Positions 1-15,091 of a stretch of DNA of 64,000 bases are shown in pieces. Position 1 is the first letter of the stretch; each line of letters starts with the position of its first letter. The DNA comes from Lingula anatina (taxonomy: Eukaryota > Animalia > Brachiopoda): positions 24,682,401 to 24,746,400 of the forward strand of contig CM120641.1 in the NCBI GenBank assembly GCA_051362555.1. Direction: 5' to 3'. The position numbers were made by a program, and so were the translations under genes. Under the pieces are notes generated by a model. The model searched no databases and was not told where the DNA came from. It was given only the letters and a program-made list of their open reading frames with translations.

Positions 1-52
1 ACCGCTGCCACCTAATGTAACAACTGAGTGACTGAGGAATGACAGAAGGTGA

Positions 53-3000
53 TTAGAAGCCGTCGTTGTGAAGTTTTGCTATTTCAATGTTAAGCCAGGT
101 GGAGCCCTGTGAAAAAATGAAAACAAAACATTTAATTCAGATCAAATCTATCCCAAAAATGGTCTACCATAAAAGCATACACACCAAATCCAGCAGTTTT
201 GTTGATAGAAGCTATGACTGAATGCCAGTGACTTTCATTGAGAGGCAATTAATATTTTTTAAAAAATCAAAGAAATTCTAAAGAGTAATGGCAAATTAAA
301 AGTGTATTTGTAATACATATAAAAAGAAGCAAGAATACTAAAAAAATAACTTTTCATCTAGAAAAACTATGCAAGTAAACATACTACAACTATCTCAGCA
401 AGAAAAAAAATTCACAACAAAGAGAAATGGTACTGAAGTGACTGTGTACAGGGTTACAGAAAAAAATAACAGCCTTCTTAATGATATTATTTCCTACCAA
501 CTATCCAACTACAAAATTCGAATAAAATTCTAATTTTTATATTCCAACTAAATACACTTTCTTCAGATCACCCTTTTTTTGCATGGCTAAGGCTGAATGA
601 ACTGCTATATGCACAACTTGCATTTTTTTCTTTAATATGCAATTGGGATAATAATTCAATTACAAAATTCCAATAACAAATTTCATTATAATATATTTTA
701 CTACAGGTTATCTACCTAAAAAACGAAAATATGAAGATTCAACGCAATGAAAACCCTGTACACTATCATTTCAAGTTACCAAGTAACAGAAAAGAAAGAA
801 AAAGCAGATTTTTTTGAAAAAAATCTTAAGTGACAAATCACATCTTTTTCTTTCTCCGCGTTATGGTTCTTTGGCTTTGTCATGGTTATAATGAATATAA
901 AAAGGAAAAGGAAAAGGAGCTGGTTTAAAAAGTAAAGTCTAAAATTAAGAATCATATCCTTTTCTTTCTCCTCTTATTATTTTTGGACCTTATTTTGACT
1001 GTGATAACAGTGGCAGTGTGGTGGTCACTCACAGAGGTACTAATGGAGTCTTCCTCCGTAGTATTACTGTACAATCTTGGGCGGCGGACAGGCTCGGGCA
1101 GTGTAGGGTAGGGCTCAAACTGACCACTGTCTATACCAGAAAAGTCAGAGTCCATCTCTCCCAAGTCAACTGCACTAACCACACCACTGTGCTCCAGACC
1201 TCTGTAAAATAAATGTCATATCTATTTATTTACATGTCTATTCATTTTGATTATTAATGATTGTACATTTTACAATAAGTAAGCTATATTATAGTCAGAA
1301 TACTGAAGATGAGGAAAATACTAAAATTAGCTAAGCTGAAAACCTAGACCTGGATAAAGATTCTTTTGTGTGTGTGTGTACTTCACTAATTTTTTCCAAA
1401 AAATTAATATCACACTATAAATAATTATGTTAAACTACAGTTAAATTTGTAATAACATGAAAATACCTTGCATTATGCTTTAATTATTTTTAAAAATTCA
1501 AAGGACAATGATAAATCATTTCATAAACTGCCATTAAAGAAAACAATTACATGTCCATTGAACTTGTAATGTAAAATAACAGTTTCAAAATAATTGATCT
1601 ATTAAATTGCCACACTAAAGAAAAGCAGAATAGTCTTAAATTAAAATTTCAAACCCATATTCTTATCTACCTATCTCTTCTTTGGTCAGAAGAATTTTTT
1701 ATGTTCACGCTCCAGTGGTCATTGGTAACAGACATCTGCTGCTGCCCACTGCTACCATACTCCCTCTGATGAGAATTTGGTGGCGCCTGCCTATTAGGCA
1801 AATGCTCACTGCTACTGTATGCCTCCTGGCAAGCATTTAGTGGCCTCTGCCCAGTAGTTGAGCCCTCACTGGCCCCATAAGTCCTGTCATAAGGCTTGGG
1901 AGGAGGCAGGCCTGTAGCTTGTGTGAGGTACTTGTCTATCAGCTTATCAGCGTATCTTCTCTCCTCTGGGGACAACTTGTTAGGCTCTGTGTCCCTGGAA
2001 GATGACTTTCAATTAATACATCTTGAAAAAAAATGTAATGAACATTTTGAGCACATCCATAATATCTTCATTAATTACAAAATCAGTTGTCAAATAAATT
2101 AATATACCAAAATAAACAATTGAGCTTACACAGTGATATGTATATACACAGGCAAGCAGACATGCACATACACAGATACCTTTTTGATACTTGCTCAAAT
2201 TCCATGCTGAGGTCACGAACTGCAAAACTTTGGTTCAGAGTGGACTCAGTAGCACCATCAGTTGACCTGTTGACCTTTTCCTGACCCTCAACTGACCTCT
2301 TGCTGGTATCTCTGACCTGGTAATACTTATCAATACTGGTGTCAAAGCTGGCACCACTGGTGTGCCTGTCACCAAATCCACCAGATGGCGACAGGTGTCT
2401 ATCCCCAGATCCTCTGAAGGGAGACAGATGTCTGTCACCAGCAGTTGGCGATGAGTTCAAATACTTCTTCTCAATGGCTTCAGCAGCCTGCCTCTGACTG
2501 TCATCCAAACTGTGCCGACTGCCATCAAGATGGCTGAAGCTGTAGGTGCTGTTCTGTGGTGCTGAAGTCTGACTGACTCTCCTGGGATTTCTGGTCTTGT
2601 TTTTGTCCCCCAGTCCATATTTCTTATCTACTTCCTCCAGAAAATGCTGACTGAATGAATACTGAGAAGAATCTAACTCTGATACGGTCATTGTGGTGTC
2701 AGGATTGGTAAGGGGGCTACCCTGGGGCCTTCCTGGCCCCTGGGGACTCGAAACCCTTGTATTAGTCAGAGACCTGCTCCTCCCTAGAGGGCGCTGATGA
2801 CTGTCACTTCTGTGTCTCAGCGGCGGGGATCCCACACCTCTGGTTCTCATCCACCTTGGGGGTGACCTTGGTGACCTTCCCCTTTGTTCCAGTTCAGGGG
2901 CCTGATAATCACTTTGCTTTTTGCCATCTACATCTCTTGATTTATCTTCCCTTTTACTATTCACTTGATCCCGAAAACCAGGCCTATCTGGGTTCTTGCT

Positions 3001-6000
3001 ACCTTTGGTGTATTTAGACCTTGGCAACTCTTTATACTCCTCCTCTGATGTGACAGCTTCTGGCTCCAGCTGTGAGAATTCTCTCACCTCCATCCTCTGC
3101 GCCACAGTCTCTCGTATCAATCCACCCCCTGGGCTGTGTCTATTCTCCTGGCGACTGCTAGAAACAGTAGTCTTCGAAACGTAAATACCCCCTCTTTGAG
3201 CCTCACCATCCTTCCCATGGTGATATGGATTATGATACAAGTCTCTCATATTAGCCCCATGCTGTGTTGGGGATCTAAAGGGGACTGAGCCAGTTTCAGA
3301 TGCTCTCTCATAGCCAACCTGCCTACTTTGGTCCTTACTTTGAGGAAGAGAAGACCGACCCCTGTCAGCACTTTCATGAGGCTTGGATGAAGAATACAGT
3401 GGAGACCTCTGGTGGACTACAGGTGCCCTGGATTGTACTGGAGCAGCTCTTGTGTCCTGGTGCTCCTTGTGACCAGCTTGACTGGCCCTGGTTTGGTAGT
3501 ATAGCCTCTGTTCTATGTCAGATTGGAGGGCTGCTTGCCTGTGATCCTTAGCTCCTTTAGACCTTCCATCTTCAAACCTCCTGTCTATAGTCCTTGCAGG
3601 TGCAATGTACTCATTTCTTTGTCCTATGTCTTCTTTGTGTCTGGTCTCTGAGGCTGTACTACATGTATGTTCCGGTGCTTCCTTGTGCCTGTTTTCAAAC
3701 TTTATCCCGTGTGCCAGGTGTTCTGTCCTGTGACCCACATGTTCTGTCCTGCGTCCTGGGTGCTCTTTCCCATGTTCCATGTCCCTTGTTTGTCGATCAT
3801 CAGATACAGCCCTGGAAGGACTGCTTGCCATCAGTGGCTCCCCCATGTGGATGGCTGTACCACCAGATACACGGCTAGAGCTGCTGGTATTGCTACTCTG
3901 TGGAGTACCTAACAATGGAGCACCTGACCTTGACTCATCATGGCCGCTGTCAAAATTCAATCTGGGCACCACCGACTGTGACTGGGCGTTATTCCACTTC
4001 TCAGGTGTTAATGTAAGTGAGCCCTCTTTTTTCACAGGTGTTGAATAATTTGAACCTTCCCTTTTTTCAGGAGGCAGTTTACGTAAACCTTCATGAGTGT
4101 CTGGAGTCAGTGGCGTCAAAGCTTCTAGATGTTCCCTTTGGCCGACAGGAAGTGTCTCCACCCAAGCTGCTGTCTGTGCCAGGTGTTTTGGCGTGGATGT
4201 CACAGGCTCTCTCCGTGAGTGACGCGGGTGATCCTGGGGGTTCTCTCCAACAGGGTCCTTTCTCAAATTCTCATCTAATTTAATTGTAACTTTGACGTTT
4301 AAGTCGCCCAGATTTTTCACAACTTCACCTTTATTTCCTGGTGTCATGTTGGCATTAGTGATGGCCGGGTGTCTGTCATGGGCAGTGTGCGGTTTGGCAA
4401 GAGAAAGGCGATTTGTTGAGCGTGGGTATGTATAATGGTCTGATGACCGCTGGTCAGTTGTGTGACTAGAAGGATGATCAAAACTCCTCTGAACCTGCTC
4501 CATGTCTCTTTTCATGTATTCAAAGTCATCTTTGAGCATATCTAGTTCTGTGAGGAGTTCCTGCTTCTCAGTGGCTGGTTCAAGTGCCAGCTCCATAGTC
4601 CCAGGGTTGTCTTGGCTAGTGGAGTCTTGTGGCCACCTGGTGGTGTCATGTGCAGTGCTGTTGTGGTGGCGGATCCAACTTAGTTCCTGCAATGAAATAG
4701 TTACACTCTTTTAACATTGAAATTTTGTCAAAAAAAAAAAATAAATAAATAAATAAATTCAAATAAAATAAAACAGAAGAAACTTAAAAACAAAATCCAA
4801 CAAATTAAGAGAAAAAGTATTAAATAATCTAACTGAATAAATCAGCTAGCAAGAATAAAAACAAATGTAAAACAAAGTTGTTCTTTTCCACTCACATGTC
4901 TCAGATTATTCCTCTCCTCTTCAACTAACGAAAGTTTTTCTCTCAAAAAAGCAGCTTCTTTTTCCAACATTGCAGTGTTTGCCACAGGACTACTTAGCTG
5001 ACTCCTAATGGTTGCCAGGGCTTCATTCAGCTGTCTGTTCAGTTTTTCATTGTCTTTCTGACTTGATGAAGCAGAATTCTCTAATGTCTTCACTTGTGCA
5101 ACGAGAGCCTCCATCTTCATGTCATGAGTTTCTGCATTGCTCCTCAGCTCTTTGTTCTTTTCTTTCACAGATGTCAGCTCTGCTCGACACTCTTGGAGTA
5201 GGTTGTTTATCTCAGTGATTTTGGATGACATTTCAGTGTTTGTCTTGGTCAGTTTAGACTGGAGTAGCTCATTCTCCAGTGTGGCACTGGCAAGACTTCT
5301 CTGTAGCTCCTTCACATCACTGACATTACCAATGCTCCTCAAGGGACCATGAGGTCCTAGATCATCCATATCTAAGGGGTCACCAGAGGCACCATCCTGT
5401 GACAATTGGTTACTTGGACTAACAGGTGCCCCAGCACCTTCTGTTGCAGTTCTTTCTTCTGTCTGAGTCATGGCATGCTGCACTGGGGAAAGTGTCACAA
5501 ATTCATTGCCAAGATGGCCTTGACCTACGTGAAGGTTAGTCTGAGTAATGGCATGCTGGACTGGGAAAACTGTCACAGGTTCATTGCCAAATAGCCCTTG
5601 ACCCACATAAAGGTCAGTCTGTGTGGTGACATGCTGTGATGAGGCCACAAGCTCTGTTTGCTGACCAGTTGTAACTGATTGGACACTCATTTTGTCCTGG
5701 TCAGTATTCACTCCCTTCTCACTGACCATCATAATTTTACCAACCAGCATTCCACCTCTGCCTTGACCTACTTGACCCTTAGTGGACATGGGTTTCATGA
5801 AGTCTTTTCCATTCGGAATGGCATCCACCTGTGGGTGCTGCTTCTCCTGTTTTTCCAGCATAGAGGATTTCTTCTGGAGATTGTGAACCTTTTGTTGTAG
5901 GTCTTCAATCATTTTCTGATACTGTTTGTTGGAACTGCTGGCAGAGGAGGCTTGTCTGTAGAGTTCTTTGTTCTCACTACGCAGCACCTCTATCTCTTGA

Positions 6001-9000
6001 GCCAGCCTGGCAGACATCTCCTCACTGTCCTTCCCCTGTGCCTTCTTCATCTCCATCAGAAGCTCTCCTTCCCTGTTTCTGGCCTTTTCCAGCTCAGACT
6101 TCAGGTTGCTGCTCTCCCTGCCGATGTTCTCCAGTAGCTGTAACAGCTCATCACTGCCTGGAGAGCACATCAGAAAGGAGGTTGGAGTGTTGGACCTCTT
6201 GGGTGTGCTTCTGGGTAAGGATGGAGAGGAGAGACGGGTCTCTGACCTGGGGCGCCCCAGAGGTGGCCGGCCTACACTATCTGGTGATGATACTCCACGA
6301 TTTACCATTTCGACAGAATGTGATTTTCTGAGGTGATTCGCCATCTTTCCTTGGACAGAGTCAGAGATGTCGTCTGACAGGTAGCCGTTTTGGACCTCAT
6401 CTGATCCACTTAGATCTGGAGTGGAATTAAACTCCTTCCCCTTGGACAGTCTCTCCTTGTTTATATTCTCCCTATTTGAGTGTGCGTCTAGTGAACTGTG
6501 CCCATGAGAGGTTGCTGCCCACTGATGTTGGAACATTCTCTCAGTGGTGGAGTTGAACAGAGAGTTGGGGGAGGTGGACATCCACTCTGAAGTGCTGTTG
6601 GTCCTGGCTGTTCCTATGCGGGGGTTGTCTGGAGGAAGGACAACAACGTCCATCATGTCCCTGTCATCGTTAAACAGACTGGACCTTAATGTGGTGGACT
6701 CTAGGCTACTGGACATGCTGGACATGGTATGGGGGGCACCTGTTAATAGAAGCCAAGAAAACCTGTCACATTAGGTGAGAAACTACAACAGCTTTTTAAT
6801 GCCACTTAAAAAATAATAAGTCATAACCTTTTTTTATTCCAAATTTTGTAATCATTAAAAAATTCATAATTAAAATAAATGAAAAACATACTTAGTAGGA
6901 GATTAAAAAAATTAAAGATTAAAAATATTGTATATATTCTCTAGGCTTTATGTCTGCTGATCTTCAAAACTATACCTTCCCCAATGCTCTGCCCCTGATC
7001 CTCCTCCTCCTCCACATCAAGTTGCCCATTCATCACACATTGTGTTGCTGTCTGGGTCTCAGCCAGGCTTCCCTCACTCCCTGGGGCGGGCTGGCTGGGG
7101 TGACTGGCAGTGTGGTCTGTCTCATTGTAACCTGACTCATTAGACGAGACACTCACCGGAGGTGGTTCTGATGGCTGGATGAGGAGATAAAAGACTTTCA
7201 GCTGAGTTTATGTGTTTTCTTTAATCTTCAGCAAATTTTGATTGAGAAGAGAAAAAGGCATGTGTTTGCAGGTTGGTTTAAATTTTAACAATAGTAAAAC
7301 AGGTTTTAAATAATGTTGAAACCTTTTTTCTCTATGTCATTACAATATATGCAATCATATATAATATCTGAAATCTGGACAAAGAAAAATCATACTTCCT
7401 GTGCATCTATACATCTTTTTCATTGTCTGAAGAAAAAAACAACATATCTTATTTTAGATAAACATTTCTGATCTCAAAGCAGTAGTCATTTCCTCAGACC
7501 AAGAAAACAGTCAGCGTATAACACCCTGATTTTTGAGTCACGCCACACATCACCACCATCATCATCTACCACTTACTTCCAGTCCAAAAGCTCTAATGGA
7601 GTCCATCCTGAAGAGATCAAACTGGTATAACTGCTCCTGTAAGGCCTGGCAGAGGAAAATGAGGAGAAAGAGAAATGTGCACTGTGAACAGAGTGAAATA
7701 GACACACTTACTGGTCTGAAATCTAATAAAACCTGTGCTCACTCACTCAGCATAATGAATTTCAGCTAAATGCTGAACATATTTTCGTTGGCCTTCGAAA
7801 CATTCAAAGCATTTTCTTGTTAACAGGAACTATGTAGATCAAAATTTGATTTGGTTTGTATCATTCCGGTAATTGATCAAAAAGTTTCATGCCTAAGTGA
7901 GCACAGGAAACTATACATACTGTGCTACTGTGTGAAAAAAAAAGCTACAAGAAGACTAACTTTGAGTAAACAAATTATGGATTCAATCTGTAAAAATCAA
8001 AATTGTGAAAACTACAAAAACAGTGAAAGTGAAAATCCTTTAAAATACCTCTTAAAATGAGGCAGTGAAAGAAGATTCTGGGAAACACAACCAAGATTTT
8101 TAGCTAAAATAAGGCAACTATCACCATTTGATTATTAGACTTCAGGGTTGGCTTAAGAGGTCTGTGCTATAAAACTAGAACTCATAACAAAATAAAAGGA
8201 CATTGCTACAAATCCATCAATAATCAAAATAATTGGGGTGTGAGATATTCAACTAAGTTTAATTAAAAGTCACACCTCCCCCTCCCAAACCAACCTCTAC
8301 AACTTTCTACTAGAGCTGCCATCTATCTAAGTGTTACTGGTATAACTACATAAAAGTGCCACTTTACCTGTATGGCAGCCTGTGATTGTGCCTGCTGTTC
8401 CATTAATAACTTAATAGGACTGTTATAGGCCACCTTGTGGGGGGTCAGGTGGGCAGACAGCCTGCCATCTACGTCCTGAAATACAGGTGTTTGGATTAAG
8501 ATTTCAGTTGTACCTTTGTACCTTGGTTCAATTCAAATATCGGAATCTGCTTAGGAGAATACCAAAATGATATTTTAATTGAGACAGTTGTTCTAGCGTT
8601 TCAGTAATAAACTTTTGCATGGGTAATATTCTTTTATCTGAAATAAAGAAGACCAAAAAGATATTCATGGTAAAAAGGTTAAATTAGCATTTCATTTTAA
8701 TAAACTTCTGTATCATGGTTGGATTAAAATACTTAAATCTGATTTAAAAAAGACCAAAGAGCTATCCTAATAAAATGTCTCAGGAGCTTTGCCATGTTTC
8801 TAATCAAAGAGTTTCAGAGATTTGCATGGGTTTTTATATTAATAGACAGTACATATCTAGAAATATGTAGAACACAGTGAGCCTGAGAATACTGCTGGAG
8901 GTGTGTGTCTATATGTGTTTACACATGAACTGGTGCTATCATACTGTACCTTATCATCATAACTTACTTTGAATGTATTTTTCCTGGAGGTCACAAGAAA

Positions 9001-12000
9001 GCTGTCCACTGGTCTTCCCTCTGCCTGCAGCTGGACCTTAAAGGAAAGGAACACTATTATTAATATAATGAATTTTAATAAATAAAAAAAGAGGTGTTAA
9101 AGCAGTGCACACACAGCTCGACTCATTGCATATTTTGATTTTTCAGAAAAAGATCTTAAATATGCTGCTGTTCAATTTAAAAAAAAAGTATTTTTTTTTC
9201 TGCTACTGTGAATAATTTTAACACAGCTTATTGAAACTGGATTTCAAGCTTTTTTTTATGTCCTAGAATACCACACACATTGACTGGTTTACCAGGACCT
9301 CACTACAAACACTGCCAGGACTCCAGATATTCCAGCACATGCATGATTACCATAAACCTGACACAGCATCAAGTCTGCATCACAACTAAACGTGGTGTTA
9401 CTTTCAATAAACGAGGTCATTCACCTTAATTATGCAGTCTGACTCTTAATGTTCACAACCTGGGGTATCTACTTTCCTTAATCCTCGTGTAGCAGAACTA
9501 CTAAAACTTGCTTATAGCAATTTCCTGTCTAATATTCATACATGTACATAGTCATATTAAATTAATAATATTAATAATGATATTTTATTCAGCTTTTAAT
9601 ATTACATTTTAGAATTATTGGGCTTCTGTGTTGGCTTTCTATGTTACTTCAAATATTACCATAAGATTTATCACTTCTTTTATCATTATTCTACATGGTC
9701 ATAGTAGTGGTAGTAGCTTTACTTTTCATAACTTAAATCGTATCTACAAGCAGAGCATAAACAACAGAAAAAATGTCTATCTTTGTCACACAGTATAGTT
9801 ATCAAAAGGAACTAAGCATATACTTAATACAAGCCTAAATAACAGTTGTGAACACCATTTGCATAAATGCTATGCAGAATTAAACATGTTTCCCTCAGGT
9901 TCCATTATTAAGTTTAGAAACATTTTAATTGTTTTCAAAATATTAGATTCTGCTCAGTTATGTGTGAAAAATTTCTCCGTGAAATTATCTATATTGCAAA
10001 AAGTACTTTTAATATTCAGGTGCATACCTTTCTTTTTAACAGAGCCACATATATGAGTAATGCATGTTCATCCACTGTGGAGTCCAACACATCTGCTGGG
10101 CTGAAAATATTTTTTAGAATGTCAGGTTTGAATAAACTCAGATTAATCATATCATATAACTGATATCAGGACAATTCCCCCATTATGCAGGCTTAAAACA
10201 AGTTTTCAGCACCTAAAGGAAGCTCTATTATGCAAACTTGCAAAATGCATTGATGTTAACCAACATGGAGTAGGAACATATTAGTCCCTATGTTTGCAAA
10301 GGTTTGATATGGAAAGTTTAAAAGCATTAATACAGAATTTCACATATTTATATTTATTTATTCAATTTTCCAATTATCTTAATCATTCTTTTCTGTTCAA
10401 TCAAAATCTAGAAGTTTCAAACTACATAACAGCTGAATAAATAAAACCACTGAAATGCACTGAAAAATGATTCAAAAGGAGAAGTGAAGAGAAAATCTTT
10501 AAGATAAGACTTACCTGATAATATTCTTGCTGACTCCCAGTTGCTCCTCTGCAGCTAAAATAGCATTGGTCAAGTGTCCAGTATTGTCCAAACTGCCCTC
10601 TACAATACACACCTTCTCTAGTAGTTGGGTCAGGGTGTTTTCTTTACACAGACTGGAACATCAAACAATATAAATGTTAATAAAAATTGAATATTATATG
10701 GAACATCTACAGTAAATTATATCATATAATTTTTAACATGTCAATATGAGTAGAGTTAAATATACAATGTGCAATAAGTCAGATTGTTGTCTGTCTACAG
10801 ACTGGACTATACATTATAGACATTAAATTTGTCCACAACACATTATCCAAAACATTACCAGAAGAAAAAAAGTTCATTAATGAAAAATATAAATATATTT
10901 ACATATACATCATATTAGATCATATCATACCATACAATGCAATACTTATTGTTACTGTAGTAGATTCTGCTATATGAGAAATAACAATGTTCAGTAAAAA
11001 TTTGTGTCCCATATCTACCAGTCTGAAAATTAAGACATTTACCAAACACCAGCAGGTTAAACTTAATATGGTGCGATATACAGAGAAACGTTAAAATTGA
11101 CCCTATTCATGCTTTGTGCTGTCTTTGCTTGTTGTGGCTGTCACACCTAATAAGTTATGCAAATTGACAATTATCTCAAAAAGCACTTTCTTTAACCTGC
11201 TGAGTTTGAATTCCGCCAGCTTTTAATGTTTGTTACCTAGGTTAAATGGTATGCCTTCCATTGAATAAACATGTTTTTATAGATTAATCTTTAAAAAAAC
11301 ACAGACCATTTTGGAGTAGTTTTACCCATGCACATATAACATCCATGATAACATTATTGATTTTTGTTGGAAAATTATTGTTAAGGTGTAATGTTTAGCA
11401 TTCCAGGCAAGATTTATCTTATGAACATCTCAAGCCAATATAACGGGTATAATAACAATATATTAAAGGAATAAATCTATAACTGGGCCTTGTTTCACGA
11501 CGAAACTAGAGCCTAATCTTAACTTTACAACTACAATTTAAAATCTACTTCAATCCCAGGTAAATCTTAAAAGCTTACTAAAATAAGGTAGTTATCAGTC
11601 TGACACACGCATTAATATAACTGATATAATCATATATAAAATAAAGCCACACCTGCCCTCAGAACACAGTGACTGATGTTATTATGTATTCAAGAAATAT
11701 ATGCACAAGTGTTTCTGCATCAACCTGAGTATAGGAGGTCAATGAAAACTCATCTCTATCACCAGTCATTTCCAGTAACAGAGTGACCAGCCAACTCTCA
11801 ATCTCAGGGTGCTCTGCGCGGAAGTGCAGATCAATTACATATTAAAATCATCTTGCTGCTTGTGGCAAATAATTAATCATATTTTCTTCCATAATTTCTG
11901 GCATCAGAGTAGTGAAAATGTCAGAGGTTCCATCATATAATGTTCCAAATTGATAACATTGGACCTCCATGTCACAGTGATTGAATAGACCAGTACTTTG

Positions 12001-15000
12001 ATGAATAATATAATGCTTATGTTTGTGTAGAGGCTGCAGGCACACATATGAATGCACAGTACCACATGTGACAATGTTACAGGGAAGAATGTCCAAACTG
12101 CACCAATTCTTTGAGAGAGAGAGAGAGAGAGAGGAGGGATAGGTGGTTGCAGTGATGCAACAATGACCACTGTTAGAATTTTTTGAGACGTGAGATAATG
12201 AAAAGGAAAAAAACTTACGTTTGAGCAAAACTTTGCTGTTGATCAAAGGTCTTCTCTGGAAGTAGTGACTTGCACCAATCCAGCACCAACTTTTGGCCAA
12301 TCTTCAGGGTTCTCTGATAAGCACTTCGTTCTGTTTACAAATTCATGCAGCAAAAATAAAATGAAAAAGATCCTAAATTAGCATAATAATTGATTCTATA
12401 ATAAACTAGTACAGAAAAAATAATAAATAAATAAACAGACCTACACTCTTTTGAATTTCAAGGAAAAAAAAACATGATCTGCAGAAATTGAGCTACAGAA
12501 CATTTTCTTGACACAGTCCCATCCTTTTACTTTTATGTTTACAATGACCATTTATGATTCCAAGAAGGTATTACAAGTGATATATTCTTGATATCATATT
12601 TATACATGTCAGTTCATATAACTAAGAAGAAAACTCACCAGGGCTGTGGATGGTAAAATGGAGGATGACTGCCCAGAGAAGATCCAGCATACACTTAATG
12701 TCTCCATTCACAATATCTGAAACAAACAAATATAATTTAAAATTTCTGACAATTTTCACCTTTATCTGGAAAAAAAGTTCAACACATCACGTTTGCTTCA
12801 TATCAAAGTACACGTGTGGAGAGAGATTGCGTAAACATAAGAATAACATATTACAAATGTCTGAAAATAATATGTAGCAGTACCTAGCAACCCAGTAGTA
12901 AAAAACATATCACATGTTATGTATTGTATCAAACTTAACTTGTGGTGAGAGTGTTTGTTTATGTAAGAATCAATACAAATTCACATCTGGAAATGATAAC
13001 TAATGTTTATAATCTGACAGAATAATGCATGTATTCCACATGTTTAGATGCACTTACAGTAGTTCAAATTCTTCATTTTAATACACCGCTGGTTTCTTAG
13101 ACCCCATTCCCAAAGATTTTAGATCGATCTATCCCTGTGGGGAGTCTCACTAGATTACTGTCAGCTTAGCCGGCTTAAGCGTCTGTCCCCCCAACTAAAA
13201 GCTGTAAGGGGGTAATTACCTATGGTGCGCGCTAGGCTGACTGCAATTTAGCGTGAACCCCCAGGGAGTTAGGTCAAACTAAATCTAAATCTCTGGATCG
13301 ATCTAAATCTCTGGGAATGCACCCTTATTTGTACTATCACAACAATGTATGAAGCTGTAACCCAGAATTTCACCACTATTAAATTAGATATTGGTTTGAA
13401 ATCCTGTGAACTGACAAGGGGAAGTACCCAGGTTTTCATACAGCAATCAATATTAAGTTAATCTAAGTCATAACTTGCAAGATGAAATCACAGAAATCAC
13501 ATCAATAACTGTCTGCTGGTCTTGGTCTTGTACATCATGCCTCTCAGTCTGACTCACATTATATATTGTCCAAAGTTTTACCAGTATGGCAGAAGACTAG
13601 TAAAGACATATCTTTTCCTATCAACAAAAGTTTTCATATCTAATATATCTCCTTATATCTTTAATATTATATTACCATTATTTTTGTTATTATTATATAT
13701 TTATTTATTTTTGAGAACAATTTATTCAAGCTACAAACCCCAACATAATCTGCTAAATTAGTACATGACTAAGTTAAACTGTTACAAACAGACTGTAAAT
13801 GTGTCCCTTATTAAGTTCAACCAGCACAATGTATATTTTTTTACATTCACATTTACATTCTTTGTACTAGTACTGGAGTCTTGGGCCCAACTCCACATAT
13901 GCCCAATATCAAACTTTCGATGTTTCTGACCTATTCTACCAGATTTAACAGCAATAACACTTAGCTGTTCAAACCATCAAAATGAAAACTTATGCTTGAA
14001 ATATAAGACTTTCTGAGACCTTCATGAAAACAAAACTTTCAAGCATTAATGGCATAAGCTTATAAATGCTATGCTACAAAGGTACTTAACAGAAAGTAAT
14101 TTTATAGAATTTTGAATAAAGGGAACCTCCATGTCTGTATGCTACTTTGGTGAAATAAATTTGTAGTAAGGTTTGATTTTTAATTAATTTGTTTAGAAAA
14201 ATGATGCACCCTTCCCCCTTCTTACCATAAAATTTCAAAAATTCAATAATTCAAAAAATTAATTTAGTAACATAACCCAGGTGGTATACTTAAAAACGTA
14301 CCAAACTCAAAACTTAATTAAATCAATGCAATGTGAATGTGTTTCTTACCCCAGTGTCTAAGATATATGAGTCATGGGAATATTTAAGTCTCATTACTAA
14401 GCATGATATAAACAAACCTTTTTGCAATTGTACTATGCACTATGCACCCTTGGTAAATTTGTATCAATCCACATAAGTTCTACCAGTTTAAAACAAATGG
14501 ATACAAGCACTCTAGATTCAATACCCAGTTGTACTCATAATCAAATAACACCTAGCAGCGAGACTATTTACTTAGTTAACATTACAAAATATAAAGACTA
14601 ATATAATAGCTATTGATTTCAACTTAAGCACACCAGTCATCAATAGACTTGCATAATGAGACATGAAGTGAGTCAAATATTCAGGTGTATTAGTGTTAAT
14701 ATTTGTCTAGTTAAGAACCCAGATGGTTGAATATGCCCATTGTGATTACACTGGTATGATATCTCGACTTTTGTATCATTTGTGAATTTGCAATGTTTTT
14801 AAGGTCAGAGAAAGGTGATATATGGGAGCCTTAAAAATAAAAGTTGAAATTTAATAGTTTTGATTAAAAACAAATATAAAAAGTTTGAAATGAATTTATA
14901 ACAGATGGTGAATGTTAAAAAAATAATGCCTGGACAATATGTACTATATGGGGTACATCAGGAATAATGGCTTGAAAAATGCACAGCTTCAACTTTACAC

Positions 15001-15051
15001 TTGTGAATTCTGCATGGATATGAAGTACCCCTTTTGATCTAACGGTCTATC

Positions 15052-15091
<40 letters not shown>

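Noticed and set aside
2087-6774. Many short plus-strand ORFs
   Set aside because: Shadows of the two giant minus-strand exons, with no independent motifs.
11485-11600. GGGCCTTGTTTCAC possible Harbinger MITE end
   Set aside because: No matching opposite terminus was found.
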